Notes: a model not told the origin generated them from the letters alone. 64,000 nt of DNA from Paraspadella gotoi (GCA_051294375.1 JBJCIZ010000207.1:6731-70730), one strand, 5' to 3'. Positions 12,143 to 26,073 are shown, counted from the stretch's first letter. Numbers and translations: made by a program.

Positions 12143-15100
12143 TACGATTTTTAATCCGCGGGCCGCGTGCCCCTCCACAGCGCCTCCCCACCTCGGGTGA
12201 ACTATAGATTGTGTTTATATTCAAATTCTTAAAATAAGATGAGTAAGTATGAAGTAATTGGTGAAATGACACATTGGGTTTGGCAAATTTTAGGATAAAA
12301 TGTGATTTTGGAAGATGGGTGAAGGTAAAGATGACTATATTAATACATACAATATAAAACTAAAAGTACATTATAATCGTTAGCTTATAAAATTTGTAAC
12401 AGTTTATATAAGAAAGTTAACTGAAAGTTGACTGTTATTTAAATTTTTAATAACTGTTTATACTTGACTAATTAAATAAGTTAAACTTTTATTAATTGAA
12501 GCATCTCAATGTTTAATTTGTATAATATATTTTAATTATGATTAGTATGGAAATAATATAATTCTATTTATTAAAATAAACTAATAAATAATAAACATTG
12601 GAATACTAAATTTATTTAACTTAGTTTTATCCTAGTCCATATTGTATAAATGAAATAGGATTAGCGCTTATGGAAGATTAGGTACATACAAATATAACCT
12701 ATACGAAGTTATGTATCTGTTTCACTTGTGCGTGTCTGTATGGTAAAGACTTGTCGTAAGTTCGACAAGGACCTTTATGTTTCTGAAGGACTTAAACGAG
12801 GGACTTGATTTCAACTCTTGGCCAAACAATTCCTTTACGGCTCACACACGGTCGATGAAATTGGACTTTGATTACTCTGTTGATTGGTGAGAAGGCGAGA
12901 TGAGAGAGCACGGATGTGTAAGAGGATAATGGTGGCCTGTATAAGGGAGAATTGGAGCAGAGCTTTGAATGGGAGGATCGTGAAGAACTTAAGGTTTTAG
13001 ACGTCTCTTAAGGCTGATTAGAAATTTTGTGCGAGAATAAACTTGTTTTGGAATTATCACAGGGATATTGTTGGACGTGACTGGATGCCAGATGAAGAAA
13101 TGACAACGTTACCTAGTCACTCATTCGCCTTAAGCCACAAACAACGCCAGTTGGGTGACCTAATACAACCTTAGACCAATTGGCATATAGTTGGTTTAAA
13201 AATCCATTGTTGGAAAATATTTGCGTAGGAATTAACAGTAAAAATTTGAGAGAAGTGGTCATGCCATTAAGCTCAGATGGCCAAGAAGCTAACCGTCCCG
13301 CGTTCTACAATAAAGGCGATGAGAAGAAAAGAACCTATCATCGCTTATTGATATTTACTGAGTGTGAAACCGACGTCTTATGTGCCCCCATTGGAGTTGT
13401 CTCCTTGTTGGAAGACACATTTTCGGTCCACGTACTACTATGGTCTGGCAGTCTTGTAACATGTCTGTATGGACAGCCATATAGTTCATACTGGATTAGT
13501 GATGGACATTTGGTAGTCGAGGCGGGAGCTGCTACAGCTATAGCGTTTATATTCCAAGATTTGGATGTCACTGCGTTTTTCCCGTCTTTTCTGCATGCAG
13601 CTCGACCCACTTTAACTCGTGCAGTTGCACTCATAGCATGCGCCGGAGCGTTCGCCAATCGCATCGGGACATGCTTCTGCGACATGCGTCTTTTATAACT
13701 CATCACATGGTGATATTGTTCCACCCTTGAAGTCTTCTTCTCAAGTGACAGCAAGAAGGAGAGCAATGACCTGAACTTTGAGGGAGGAAAAAAGGGGCCC
13801 TTGCTAACGTAGAAATAAAGAAATAATTCAATGCTGCCCCCCTGAAAGAGAAAATCTGTTTGGAAACAAAGCCAAATTCACGACTCCACTATTACTGCGG
13901 CAAGATCAACATGTAGAAACGCATGTTGGGGTGATCCTATACCCCTGTTCCCGCTGGATAAAACGGGCGTCCTAAACTAGACGCTAAATCTCAGGACAGC
14001 ATATATACTGGCACAACGTATGAAATGCAGCCCCTTGGCTGCAGTACGTTTGCACCGACACAATCAGATGATGCGCACTGCACCTGTTGCTGTGACTTAT
14101 TACATTTCTATAAACGGCTGAAAAGTCCCCATACCAACAAAAGGAAGTAAGCGAAAACGTAAATTCTGACTCTGAAAAATGATTTTGATTCTGATTCTAA
14201 TGATGGTTATTGAAAAAGAAAAGAGCACAAATAGTCTCATTTTTGTTTTCTGATGAATTAACTCCCGCGGTATTGAATCGTTTTGGAGATAAATGGATGA
14301 TTCACAAGTATTCATCTCCCTGAAACTCCACAGACCGCATACTGGCGCAAAAAAGCTTTTACAGTCGACTTCTCCTCCATAGTAAAATGGAGGAAATGGG
14401 TTGAATGACCCGTCTACAGTACCTGATAAAATATGAGAGTCTTTGCTTAGACCTCAACAGATCTACATTTGTAAGAACCAAAAATCCCCTGTCACGCTTG
14501 TTTCAAATACACGTCCAACGTTCTATATAGAATTTTTGTGAAAAGAAAAGGAGTCACCAGACAACTTGTACTGGTCGATAAGGACTACCTGATTGAAATC
14601 TCGATAAAACGTCATGAAATTTATGGTCACTGCTCTGCCCAGACCACGTTTAACATTAATGGGCAGATAAATTTATCCCGCCTGGTATAGCATAGAATGA
14701 TCAAGGATCAATTCAGGCGATGTCACATGTATTAACTATAATATCAAGTAAACCCTTAAAGGGTTGTCCTCTAGCAATGCTTCCTGTGGGCGCCGCCCAG
14801 AATCCTCTCCTATGATCTTTGGGACCGCTTGCCAAGATCCTTAGGAGCGGGCAGCAAGCCTGCACCTGTTACATCATAGAGTGTGTGAATTATTTTACAA
14901 GAGAATTGTTGTCTGTTTTCCATGTGGAGTGCTTCTGCGAAGAAGTAGCCGCATTTTCTTTAAAACACTTCAAATACCCGATGGTATTTGGATTGTGCAG
15001 TGGTGGACGAGGGAAATATGTTGAGACGGAAAACATTGTTTTGTAAAGTTCGTCAGTGCTTTGGAGTGAAAGTGAGAATAAAAGTGATTAAACATCTCAC

Positions 15101-18100
15101 CTGACGACAAAATGAAAATTTTTGCGAGAGGGGTAGGTGAGTGATACATCATAGAAATTTTATGTCACAGTTCAATTTCATTTACTTGAATAAATAAGGC
15201 GACATTTCTTTGTTTTGTTTCTTTCTTTAAGGAATCCCACAGCTCAAAGGATCACACTGTAAAATGAAGACCGGAAGCTTGCGCAAGATAGCGGACTAGC
15301 AAGCTCAACAAAATGTGTGACCAAATGGCGCTTAACATGGCGGCACAAAGTTACTACCTTACTACCAACAAGTATGTCGACACAAAACAAGTAGCAACTA
15401 CCAACACAGTTTGATGATAGAATGTTTTAAATTTGTTTGAAACTTACGAATTGGCAAATTCGTACTCCATTAACACAAAATAAAATGGCTAGCGTACAGG
15501 GATCCAGCTATGGTAATCACGTATAATGAAAGATGTCAAACTGATATTCTTATTTACCTATAACACAAAGTTCGCTCTCTCTTTAAAGTATCAATAAATA
15601 GAGCATATATTCGTTATGGTAGTAATAGAGCATCAATTTTAAAATATTATAATTTCCAAGCTCTAAAAGTTATATGCGAGAATATTTAAACAATATACAA
15701 TCTCGTTTCAAATATGATAGAATTTTGATCGTGTTTTAATAACTAAGTACAATAAAATACCTTTTAAGATGAGAAATTATACATAGCGATTCCTATGTGT
15801 AATGTATGAAAGGCTGTGTAATGTACGAGTTGTGATACCAGACTCGGCGTCTGTTTTCCTCTTTACGATTTCTAATACATCCTAACTTTTATTATATATA
15901 CTTAAGCAGCAATGTTTCTCAAGATGATAATGAAACCGGTTTGCAAAATTTAATTGAATTTTTCTTTAAAAAAAAAATTCTTATATACTTAACATGGTAA
16001 ATGATACACATGAATGAACATATTTGTTTTGCAATTGGTTTGTTGTGCTTTTCCTGTTATATGCTGGCACACCCCTCACGTTGCTTTTGTCATATATCAT
16101 CTTCACGCTTACACGCGTTGTTGTTGTCTGTTCTTTTGTAAAAGAAAAGAAAATATAGTAAAGGGACGAACTTTAAGTTTAATATTCATTATGGGACTGG
16201 ATAAGAAATGCCAGTTACATTTCTGCAGAACAATTTTTGTATCTCTTGATAATAATAAAATAACGAGATTTTTTAATGCATTTTTTTTTGGAAAGCAGGG
16301 ACAGGATGGAGTGTTGAGCATGTTAAAATTTTGAAAAAAAAAATGCTTGAATTGCATTGGTAACTTGAATGTTTGATATCAATGATAAATGAACTTGGAC
16401 AACATTCAGCTCAATAGTGAGAGACTGAACATCTTAATCACAGGCGGTATGGACCTCCTGGTGACAATGTCAAAAGTCAAGTTTGACGAAGAATAAGGTC
16501 ACATTTAGACGATGATCAACGTTATTTTATGTGACACTACATACATGGGGAATGAAAGTAACTAATTTTAATTAATAAATTAATTGGTTAGTGTCTTATT
16601 AATCACAGTAAAATTAAAAGCATTCCTATTTGTGATGATTCATTCACGTCAAAGAACCTTAATCACCGATACCGTGAAAATCGGTGAATCACCACAGCAG
16701 AGTGGTGCAGGACTAATTCGTTCAAACTATTGTACTCTAGCAACAACCGTAAACATTAATCAATAATGTCCATAATCTATTATCAATTACTTTTCTTATT
16801 TGAAACTTTATTGATAGTATAAATTTCGACTCATTCCATATCAATCCACTTATTATATTTTATTGAATATGAACATTTGGATCAACTCCATCTCAATCAC
16901 TTAAATATTCCTTAAGGCTTCAAGATACGATTGACAACGAGATGAGGCATGCGAAACCATGGTTTCTCTGTGGCGCAGCCCAATGTCGAGGATCCATAGT
17001 TTGTGTATTCACGACTTGATCACAAAGAAATGTTTTTGATCAGTCTTCTTTTTTACATAATAATGTAGGCAGCAAAGTTTTAAAATTAATTCAAGTTATT
17101 AAATTGCTGTTCGAGTTGAGTCAAAACATATTTAGAATCAGTCTCTAAGCTAGACAATGGCGTTAAACGTATGTCGTCAGAGTTAGGACGAGGTTGCCAA
17201 GGAAATATGTAAACAGTTTTAATTCTCTTAAGTTTCACCATCTTTGGTTGCCGAATATTTGGTTTTGATTGACTTGTTTTATTAGATACCTGCTATTTAA
17301 TTTGAATTCCTGCAGAACTCGTTTTTTTTCTTATGACGCGGGTCTCTTTTTTTGTATCTATCGACTATTTAGCGCATTTTATCCGATTTGGGTTTACATC
17401 CCAATTATTAACGCGTTCTTACTTTTACTTTACTCCTAACATTTCGACTAGCTCATGTATGACGCGTGTAAATATCCTTTTTGCTAATGTTTTTAAATTT
17501 TGGTTTCTTGGGCCTCCAATTTTGTTACAACTTTTGACATATAATCTAATAAATTCACATTAATTGATTAATTATATCTTTGGGAGGGCGGTGTCAGACA
17601 ATATAAAGCTAATTATTACACAAATCCTCGGTCTTAGTTTTACAAATAAACCTTTTCGCGCAATTGTAAACAAATCGTGCTTTTTTGGTTTTTTCGATCG
17701 GTCGCAATTGCATAAAAAGAGAGAGTGAGAGAGAGAGAGAGAAAAGGAGACATAAACTAAAATAGAGGATATTTGTTTGTTTTGATAAAATGTAAACAAA
17801 ACATATTTAATAACTGTCCTAACCCAATTTTAAGGACATCGATGATGATAAGTTGAATATAAATTTAAAATTAATTATTATATATTAATATTAATTAATT
17901 AATTAATTATCGTAGGCAGATCCGACATTGTTTACTCAAACTTGTTTTTTTTAAATTAACTTTAATTTTCTTCGGTACTTTATTATTTTTTTTAATTGAC
18001 AATCGCAAAATAGAATTTTTCTTTCTGTTTATAAATTAATTTTTTTTTTCAATTTTTTTTTTTTTTAGTATCAAAATTTGTCGTCAATCCAGATTTTTCT

Positions 18101-18680
18101 TATGAGATTGCGATTTTTATTTTTTCCATTTAAACTCATTTACACTAGGACGATTCCATTGAAACTTGATTTCCAGCTTAATCACTCACTTTCCTACCCA
18201 CATACAAAATTTCAAGTCAATCGCCCCATCCACTCATGAGTAATTGAAGTTCTAATAGTGAAATATATTTTTTTTCCATTTAAACTCATTTCCACTCTCA
18301 CGATTCCATCGAAACTTCATATCCAGCTCAATCACACACTTCTCTACCCACACCCAAAATTTCATTCCAATCCATCCATCCAATCTCGAGCAATTGGAGT
18401 CTTTTGCTAAGGTGGGATGGACGGACATCGTTTTTAGTCCATTCCAAACTTTTGTAACTTTTTATTGCTAAAAGTAGATTTTTTTACTGTATTTTTAATA
18501 GTATAATAATTTTTTCCACATAATTATATAACAAATGTTGCTTACTCTTATTATTACTGCGTAAATTATCACTAACACGTTATAAAAAGCATATGATGTA
18601 AAACAGAATACAAGTGTTCCGTTTTACCCCAATTTAATTTTAGCCATGTAAAAAATAATTGAATTATTTTTTCATAGTAT

Positions 18681-19238
18681 TGAAGAGATAGTAATTATTG
18701 TTTTGTTAGTGCCAGAACCGTTCAATATAAGCAGTCCCCGAGCTTCGGATCAGGCTGTCTTACCGTGTTACAGGCGGGGAAAGTGCCCCGTCCTTCTTAA
18801 CTGCAAGACGGCCACCGGGCTAGAACCTCGGACCTTTCGGTTGGGAGGCGAATAACTTGCCTCCGGCACCAGTGGCCGCTGATAAACGGTTGGTGGATTT
18901 TAGTCCACCATACATCCCCCCCTCCCGTAGGGAGAAGTCTGTTGCATCTCTTCAGTGAATTGTTGTTGTTGGTGGACAGTGTGTCACCAAGTTGAGGCAT
19001 GTCGCCTGTTGTGTTGTTGGCGGAAAGTGAATCGCCCAGGTTGAGGCATGTCGCCTGAAAGTGTGCTGTTGTGTTCGGAAAGTCGGGTCACCAATGAAGA
19101 GATAGTAATTATTGTTACGTGTTAGTGACAGAACCGTTCAATATAAGCAGCCCTGAGCATCGGATCAGGCGTAACACCTGTTACAGGCGGGTTAAGTGCC
19201 CCGTCCCTCTTAACTGCTAGGCGGCCACCGGCTAGAAC
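18681..19238 (-). mobile_element. TRIM family B (tRNA-like module in LTR), copy 1; 5' LTR truncated
   Basis: On minus: partial LTR 19238-19095 ending CTCTTCA; PBS TGGTGACCCGAC (close to tRNA-Trp PBS TGGTGACCCCGAC); ~180 bp internal region; PPT GGGAGGGGGGGA; full LTR TGTATGG...CTCTTCA 18914-18681. Confidence 0.8.
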
Positions 19239-19273
19239 TCACAAATTGTATTCTAATTCACAAACGTCAAGCG

Positions 19274-19310
19274 CTGATGAAGGCTCGAAAATTGTGAGCC
19301 GAAACATGTC
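19274..19310 (+). ncRNA. Minimal type I hammerhead ribozyme (Penelope-like)
   Basis: CTGATGA-A-GGCTC..GAGCC-GAAA-CATGTC, followed by AATAAAATTGTTGT. Confidence 0.8.
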
Positions 19311-19836
19311 TGCTTTCTCACAAATAAAATTGTTGTAAAAAATTCAAAAACTTTGCTAAATTATTTTTTCGAAATAAATTAGTAGTCTCGTCATTAGATA
19401 TTAATATTCCATTGTCCATATTACGTCAAAATTGACTGTGACAGCAGCAGCCGAATGCTGTACTTTAATAATGGAAAGTCAAGTTGGTGAAATAATAAAT
19501 GACCCCAAAAAAATTATAAAATATCTATACACAATTTTTTTATTTTCATTTTATATGTCAGTATTTCCGAATTACCCCTGTCCGAATTACCCCACACTAC
19601 CCTATTAAATGTAAATTGAAGCTGCAACAAATACAACAATTAATTAAATAATTATCTAATTAGCTTACCGCTAATGATCGTGGGCAGATCCTGCATTGTT
19701 TGCTCAATAAATGTTATAATAGCTTGGTTACGGACATATTTCATATTGTGTTATAGTTTATATATATAATAATATATATAGTTTTAACTTTTACTTTCTT
19801 TTTCGATATTTTGTGTTTTTTATCTTTCCCACTTAG

Positions 19837-20205
19837 TATCAATTGAAATAGCAAACAGCTTCCCCGCGGTTGGGTTGGTTTCGCAACCTGGGCAACACTT
19901 GCTACGCCAACAGCGTCATACAGTCTCTTCGCGCTTGTGCCGAATTTCGCGCGACGTGCTGGAAATCGCGCCGCCTCCGAGCACCGGGGCGCCGTCTTCT
20001 TCCGATTTCGCCCTAAAACAGGCGATGCACGACCACGCCCTGGTGGTCAAGTTTCAGGACTATGCTGACCAACCTGGTTTTTTCGCAACAGCCCATCTAT
20101 GACCCACACGCTTCCTTTTTGAATCACGGCCCTCCTTGTTTGGGCAGGGATCGCAGCAGGATTGTTCCGAATTTCTTAAAATACTTTCTCGATCAGCTTC
20201 ACGAG
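19837..20205 (+). pseudogene. Frameshifted duplicate of the USP Cys-box exon (duplicate or read-error copy)
   Basis: Near-identical to 26602-26970, with the same cttag acceptor and GAG|gttcgt donor, but several indels. Confidence 0.8.
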
Positions 20206-21989
20206 GTTCGTTTTTATCGTTTTATTAATTCATTTCTATTTTTAACGTTTTCGTTTGTTTTTTTTGGTTTTTTTTATTGTCGCAATCGCTGAGCGTTGCG
20301 ACGATATTGTAACGCTTTTGCGCATAAGTGCGTCGTGTCTGTCGTTGGCGTTGCGTCGGCGTTCCAAAATATAGATCGCCTTTTTTAGATTAAATTTTGG
20401 GTGTATGAAGCTAAAAATTTATATACAGCTTTCATCATCGATGTGCTTAAAATTGAGTCTGGACAGTTATTAAATATGTTTGGTTTATGTTTTATCAAAA
20501 TAAACAAATTTTCTCTCTTTATTTTTATATTTTTTTCTCTCTCTCTTTTCTCTTTTAATTACATGTCTCTCTCCCTCTCTCTTTTGCCCTAGTCACTGAT
20601 TCATAGGGGAAAAAAAAGTCTGCAGCTGGCTCTGCAGGGGCTTATTCTTTTTCTCTCTTTTCTCCTGCTGCTTCTGCTGCTGCCTTTTGATTCCTTTTTT
20701 TTCTGGGTGCCTCTGCCTGCTGCCGCTGCCTGATTTCGTTCTGAAAAACGATTTGGCTTCTCTCTCTCTCTCTGATTAATTTTTTCCCTCTAAAAACTTT
20801 TTTATTATTGCCATTTATTCCAAATTTACATCCGAGATTTTTGTGGATTTTTTTTCTAAATATTCTAAATATCAATCAGAATAATATTTTTATCGAGCCA
20901 TGACCGCGAAGCCGGTTCAGGCTCTATAATGTTTTAGGTTTGCTTCTTTTGTGACGTGTCGTCGTCGGCGTCACGCTGTTTTTATATAAAAACTACTACG
21001 CTTTTTATAGTTTGGCTGTCACTTACGTTTTTTTTTTAAATAAAATTATTATGAATTATGAAAAGTTTTACAAAAAGTGTGCGAATCATAGTAAGTTAAA
21101 AATTTAGATATGGCTTCTCATCTTGAAATAGCTTTGATATTTTTCTTATTACATTTGGATTTAAGTATTTTTTTGTTTGGATTTCCACTTCATTATGATT
21201 TACTGCAATATGCAAATGAGATTATAGTAACTCATTATAATATCCAAAATTAGTAATAGAAATAGCTTTAATCTAATTTACATATTGCAGTATATAATAT
21301 TGAAGTGAAATTCAAAACATTTTTTTAAATCTTGACACAATGAAAAATGGCGTAAGCGTTACGTTCCGTGCATAAAAAAAATTCACTGTTCAATATTATT
21401 ATATTTCTTTTTATATTTTTGAAACGTTATAGTTTCATATGTCGATATCCAAAAATATCAATGCAAAAATTTTTTTGTTTTTTAGATATAGACCGAATAT
21501 AGGGTGAAAGATGATAAAATTTTTTTAAAAGTTACTTATTCATATTTATTCCTAGAATTGTAATAAAAAAAATTTAAAAAAATAATAGTACCAAATAGTT
21601 AGTATTATGTCTCAAATTAAATTGGAAAAAAAACCTCATTTTAAAAATTTGATCGGAAAGTGGCGGTAACTAAGGCTTACCAATGGCAAACCTCCACGCC
21701 GAATTGTTCTCTCAAATAATTTTTTTTATTTAATACATTTGAAAGGGAAAAAAGAAAATTCAGAATGCAGGTTGTAATAAGGGTAAAGATAATCTGACTT
21801 ACTGACATGATAAACCATAACCTTTTATATCTTGTGGAAATGGGGGCAGTAAAGATATCTAAAAAATTCGATCATTAAGTCAGTCAATGAACCCTTTCTA
21901 ATGGCTATTTACGAGAAATATTTTTTCTTAATTGAAATAGATGATAAATAATAGAAATAAATTCCTTGCTATATTTAAACAAGTTTGAG

Positions 21990-22930
21990 ACAATACAATG
22001 GTCGGATCTTGTCATAGATGAATTAAATTAATTAATTGATTAATTATAGTTAATTAACATTAAAATATGAATTCAAGTAATTAAATTAATAATTAATAGT
22101 CTTAATTATAATATTATATTCCAGCTTTGTCATTATCAGAGTCCTTAAAATTGAGGTCAGGCAGTTATTAAATTGTTTTTGGTTTACATTCTTATCAAAA
22201 CAAACAAAAATCCTTATATATCAGAGCCAGGCGGGCAAAGGCCCGTGTCCTGCGTGAATTGCTTGTTGTTCGGTTTAGCTTGTCGGTCTCGGGCGGTTTG
22301 TCTCTGTTGTCAATCATGGCTTTCCGTGAAATGTGATATCATAGGGGAGTTGAATTTTCATATAATGGCTTCTAATGCATCAAGATCTTCTTAAATATCT
22401 CGAATGTTTCAATATCGGAATATTGTTTATTTGTCTTAATGTTGTTATATTACAAAAAGCAAAAATCGTTTTAAGGTTAGTAGGTCATGGGCACTGCTCT
22501 CTCTCTTCTCTTTTTCTGCCTGTCACCAGCGAGCATTCGTCTCGAAACTGATGACTAGAATCGAGTCCCTGGCTCTGCAGCGGTCTGTCCAGCTTTCTTC
22601 TCTGCATCGATCTCATATACAGTGCATCTCTCTCTTCGTCTCTCATCTTTTTTTCTACCAAAAAAATTTTTAGATATAATGATGGGGTTCACTCGAAATG
22701 TAACAAAACGATGCCAACGTGTAGACATAGGCTTGCGTCGCGACACCAGTGCGTGCGAACCGTCCTTTGTAAGAAAGAATCTCACGCGTAACGTGCGGCG
22801 CCACTAATAGCTAACTAGCTGAATCTTAACGAGTAAAGGGGCTGTAGAGCTTCTCTGTCTCTCATCCTCTTTTAAATTTTATATATCGCTTCTTTCTCTT
22901 TTCTCTTTTCTCTCAGCGGCTGTCTCTCTC
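21990..22930 (-). mobile_element. 3' part of Helentron-like non-autonomous element (HINE family 1)
   Basis: Collinear with ~58190-59100. Carries the subterminal GTCGGATCT motif at ~22000; ends at the gap. Confidence 0.65.
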
Positions 22931-22955
22931 NNNNNNNNNNNNNNNNNNNNNNNNN
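22931..22955. other. Assembly gap (25 N)
   Basis: Run of N. Sequence after it (22956-23657) repeats ~11425-12115. Confidence 1.
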
Positions 22956-24253
22956 TCTTGTTCGAGCTTTAAAAAGTTAAATGAAAATTAGTAATATAAT
23001 TTTTTCAAATTTTGACAATTAATTGGTTAAAAATAAAAAAACCTAAAAAAAATCATCATCATTATTGGCTCTGAATTTTTATTTTTTTTAAAATTTTTCA
23101 TTAATAAAACAAAAAAAATTTTAAAAAGTTGTATAAATAAACCTTTATCTAACTTTTAAGCTCTATCAGAATCTATTAAAAAAAATTGATAAGCAAAATT
23201 TTAAAAATTATTTTCATTTAATATTATTTAATTGTCGCTTAACCATTATTTATTTGAGAGCTTCTAGTTTTCAACCTGTTCCGGCCTAATATCTAGTAAG
23301 GCGGCCAAATTGAACACTTTTTATAACTTCCAGTTCTCTTTTAAAAATTTTTTTTCCTTTTTACTACTAAATCGATTTTCAAATGTAACTTTTTATTAGT
23401 TCATTGGGTTATTGCCACTGAAGCTTTTAAATATTTTTTAATATATAATAATAATATATCAATGTTTTGACGGAATTGTTGCAGATCGGAAATTGATGAC
23501 TACATGTTGCTCGAAAGAATATCTAATGAACACCATACATACAATTTACTTGATATTTTACGTTATTAAATAGATTATATAATGATTTAACTTATAACAT
23601 TAAATTGAAAATAAATGATGCAAGTTCAAAAAAATCTTAAAAGGCATAAGATCGTCGCATTGCATAAAAAGAGAGAGTGAGAGAGAGAGAGAGAGAAAAG
23701 GAGACATAAACTAATAATAGAGGATATTTGTTTGTTTTGATAAAATGTAAACAAAACATATTTAATAACTGTCCTAACCCAATTTTAAGGACATCGATGA
23801 TGATAAGTTGAATATAAATTTTAAAATTAATTATTATATATTAATTATATTAATAATTAATTAATATTATTCGTAGGCAGATCCGACATTGTTTGCTCAA
23901 ACTTGTTTTTTTTTAAATTAACTTTAATTTTCTTCGGTACTTTATTATTTTTTTTTATTGACAATCGCAAAATAGAATTTTTTCTTTCTGTTTATAAATT
24001 AATTTTTTTTTTCAATTTTTTTTTTTTTAGTATCAAAATTTGTCGTCAATCCAGATTTTTCTTATGAGATTGCGATTTTTTATTTTTTCCATTTAAACTC
24101 ATTACACTAGGACGATTCCACGAAACTGATTTCCAGCTTAATCACTCACTTTCCTAGCCACATACAAAATTTCAAGTCAATCGCCCCATCCACTCATGAG
24201 TAATTGAAGTTCTAATATGAAATATATTTTTTTTCCATTTAAACTCATTGTGC

Positions 24254-25021
24254 TGTGGGATAAGGCCGCTACGTGGCTGAAGATGACCCTGTCCGTAATT
24301 CTATAACCCCTCTAGCCAAGCCCCATTGGAACGGCTGTCCCTGGCGCTTGGAACCAGGCTTGAGGTTTTGCCATGCCCCCAAGGCGGCTTACGGCGCGTC
24401 CTCACGCCTTCCCGCTAGGGTACGCGTACCTCTGGTTGGATTTGAAACCGTACATAGTGGTCATGAGCTTGATGCTTTTACTCAATGCAGCCACCGCCTG
24501 GGCTCCAACAACTGAAAGCGTCACCTGATTCTTTGGCGGGCGTGCAACCTAGCAATGACTTCCCCGACTACATGCCCCCCCAGATTGTAAACCCACCCTG
24601 CCACTGCTTCCAGTGGAGGGCGGGGAAGCAATCTCAGCTAGACCAAGGCCCTGGAATCAGAAGGTTGGAATACGCTCGACAGGGATGGGCCTCACCAGTG
24701 TGGATAAGGCGCTACGTGCGCGCTGAAGATGCACTGTCCGCTAACTTCTTATAACCCCTCTAGCATCCATGGAACGCGGTCCCTGCGCTGAACCCAGCGC
24801 CTTGCAGGGTTTGCCATGGCCCCAAGGCGGCTTACGGCCCGCTACTCACGTCCTAATCCACGACTAGGCGTAAGGTACCTGCGTTAGGGACTTGAACCGA
24901 CGGTACCTAGTGCGGTCATTTGCAGCTTGATGGCTTTACTCAATGAGCAAACCGCGTCACAACTTGAAAGTTGTCATGATTCTTGGCGGGCTGTTTGCAA
25001 CTTAGCCAATGGCCCGACTAC
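24254..25021 (-). mobile_element. TRIM family A, full length (two ~0.3 kb LTRs, ~126 bp internal region)
   Basis: LTRs 24699-25021 and 24254-24572 match the solo LTR 41855-42139. On minus, LTR end ...TCCACA-C-TGGTGAGGCCC (PBS-like); G-tract PPT GGGGGGGCA before TGTAGTCGG. Confidence 0.85.
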
Positions 25022-25443
25022 CTATTCCACTTCCTTCACCGATTTCCATCGTAAAAGCTTCATATCTCAGCTCAATCACACACTTCTCTCTACCTCACAC
25101 CCATCAAATTTCATTTTCCAAATCCATCCCTCCTAATCACGACGCAATTGGAGTCTTTTGCTTAAGCGTGGACTGGCACGGACATCGCTTCCCTTTAACG
25201 TCCATTCCAAACTTTTGTAACTTTTTATTGCTAAAAATAGATTTTTTTACTGTATTTTTAATAGTATAATAACTTTTTCCACATAATTATATAACAAATG
25301 TTGCTAACTCTTATTATTACTGCGTAAATTATCACTAACACGTTATAAAAAGCATATGATGTAAAACAGAATACAAGTGTTCCGTTCTACCCCAATTTAA
25401 TTTTAGCTATGTAAAAAATAATTGAATTATTTTTTCATGGTAT

Positions 25444-26002
25444 TGAAGAGATAGTAATTATTGTTGTGTTAGTGACAGAACCGTTGAATATAAGCAGTCC
25501 CTGAGCTTCGGATCAGGCTGTATTACCGTGTTACAGGCGGGTTAAGTGCCCCGTCCTTAACTGCAAGACGGCCACCGGGCTAGAACCCCGGACCTTTCGG
25601 TTGGGAGGCAAATAACTTGCCTCCGGCACCAGTGGCCGCTGATAAACGGTTGGTGGATTTTAGTCCACCATACATCCCCCCCTCCCGTAGGGAGAAGTCT
25701 GTTGCGTCTCTTCAGTGAATTGTTGTTGTTGGTGGAAAGTGTGTCACCAAGTTGAGGCATGTTGCCTGTTGTGTTGTTGGTGGAAAGTGAATCGCCAGGT
25801 TGAGGCATGTCGCCTGAAAGTGTTGCTGTTGTGTTCGGAAGTCAGGCTCACCAATGAAGAGATAGTAATTATTGTTACGTGTGAGTGACAGAACCGTTCA
25901 ATATAAGCAGTCCCTGAGCATCGGATCAGGCTGTAACACCGTGTTACAGGCGGGTTAAGTGCCCCGTCCCTCTTAACTGCTAGGCGGCCACCGGGCTAGA
26001 AC
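25444..26002 (-). mobile_element. TRIM family B, copy 2
   Basis: Same layout as 18681-19238: LTR 25444-25674, PPT, internal region, PBS-like TGGTGAGCCTGAC, truncated LTR 25855-26002. Confidence 0.8.
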
Positions 26003-26037
26003 TCACAAATTGTATTCTAATTCACAAACGTCAAGCG

Positions 26038-26073
26038 CTGATGAAGGCTCGAAATTGTGAGCCGAAACATGTC
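26038..26073 (+). ncRNA. Minimal type I hammerhead ribozyme (duplicate of 19274)
   Basis: CTGATGAAGGCTCGAAATTGTGAGCCGAAACATGTC. Confidence 0.8.

Noticed and set aside
13180-13698. 172-aa ORF as a confident gene
   Set aside because: TTG start, overlapping antisense ORF, and no recognisable domain or supported splice structure.
19563-19604. DNA-transposon TIR (TAGGGTAGTGTGGGGTAATTCGGA on minus)
   Set aside because: Looks like a terminus, but I found no partner end in the window, so no element could be delimited.
25444-25640. Stand-alone SINE
   Set aside because: It lies within a TG..CA unit preceded by a PPT and paired with a second repeat followed by a PBS, which fits a TRIM LTR better.
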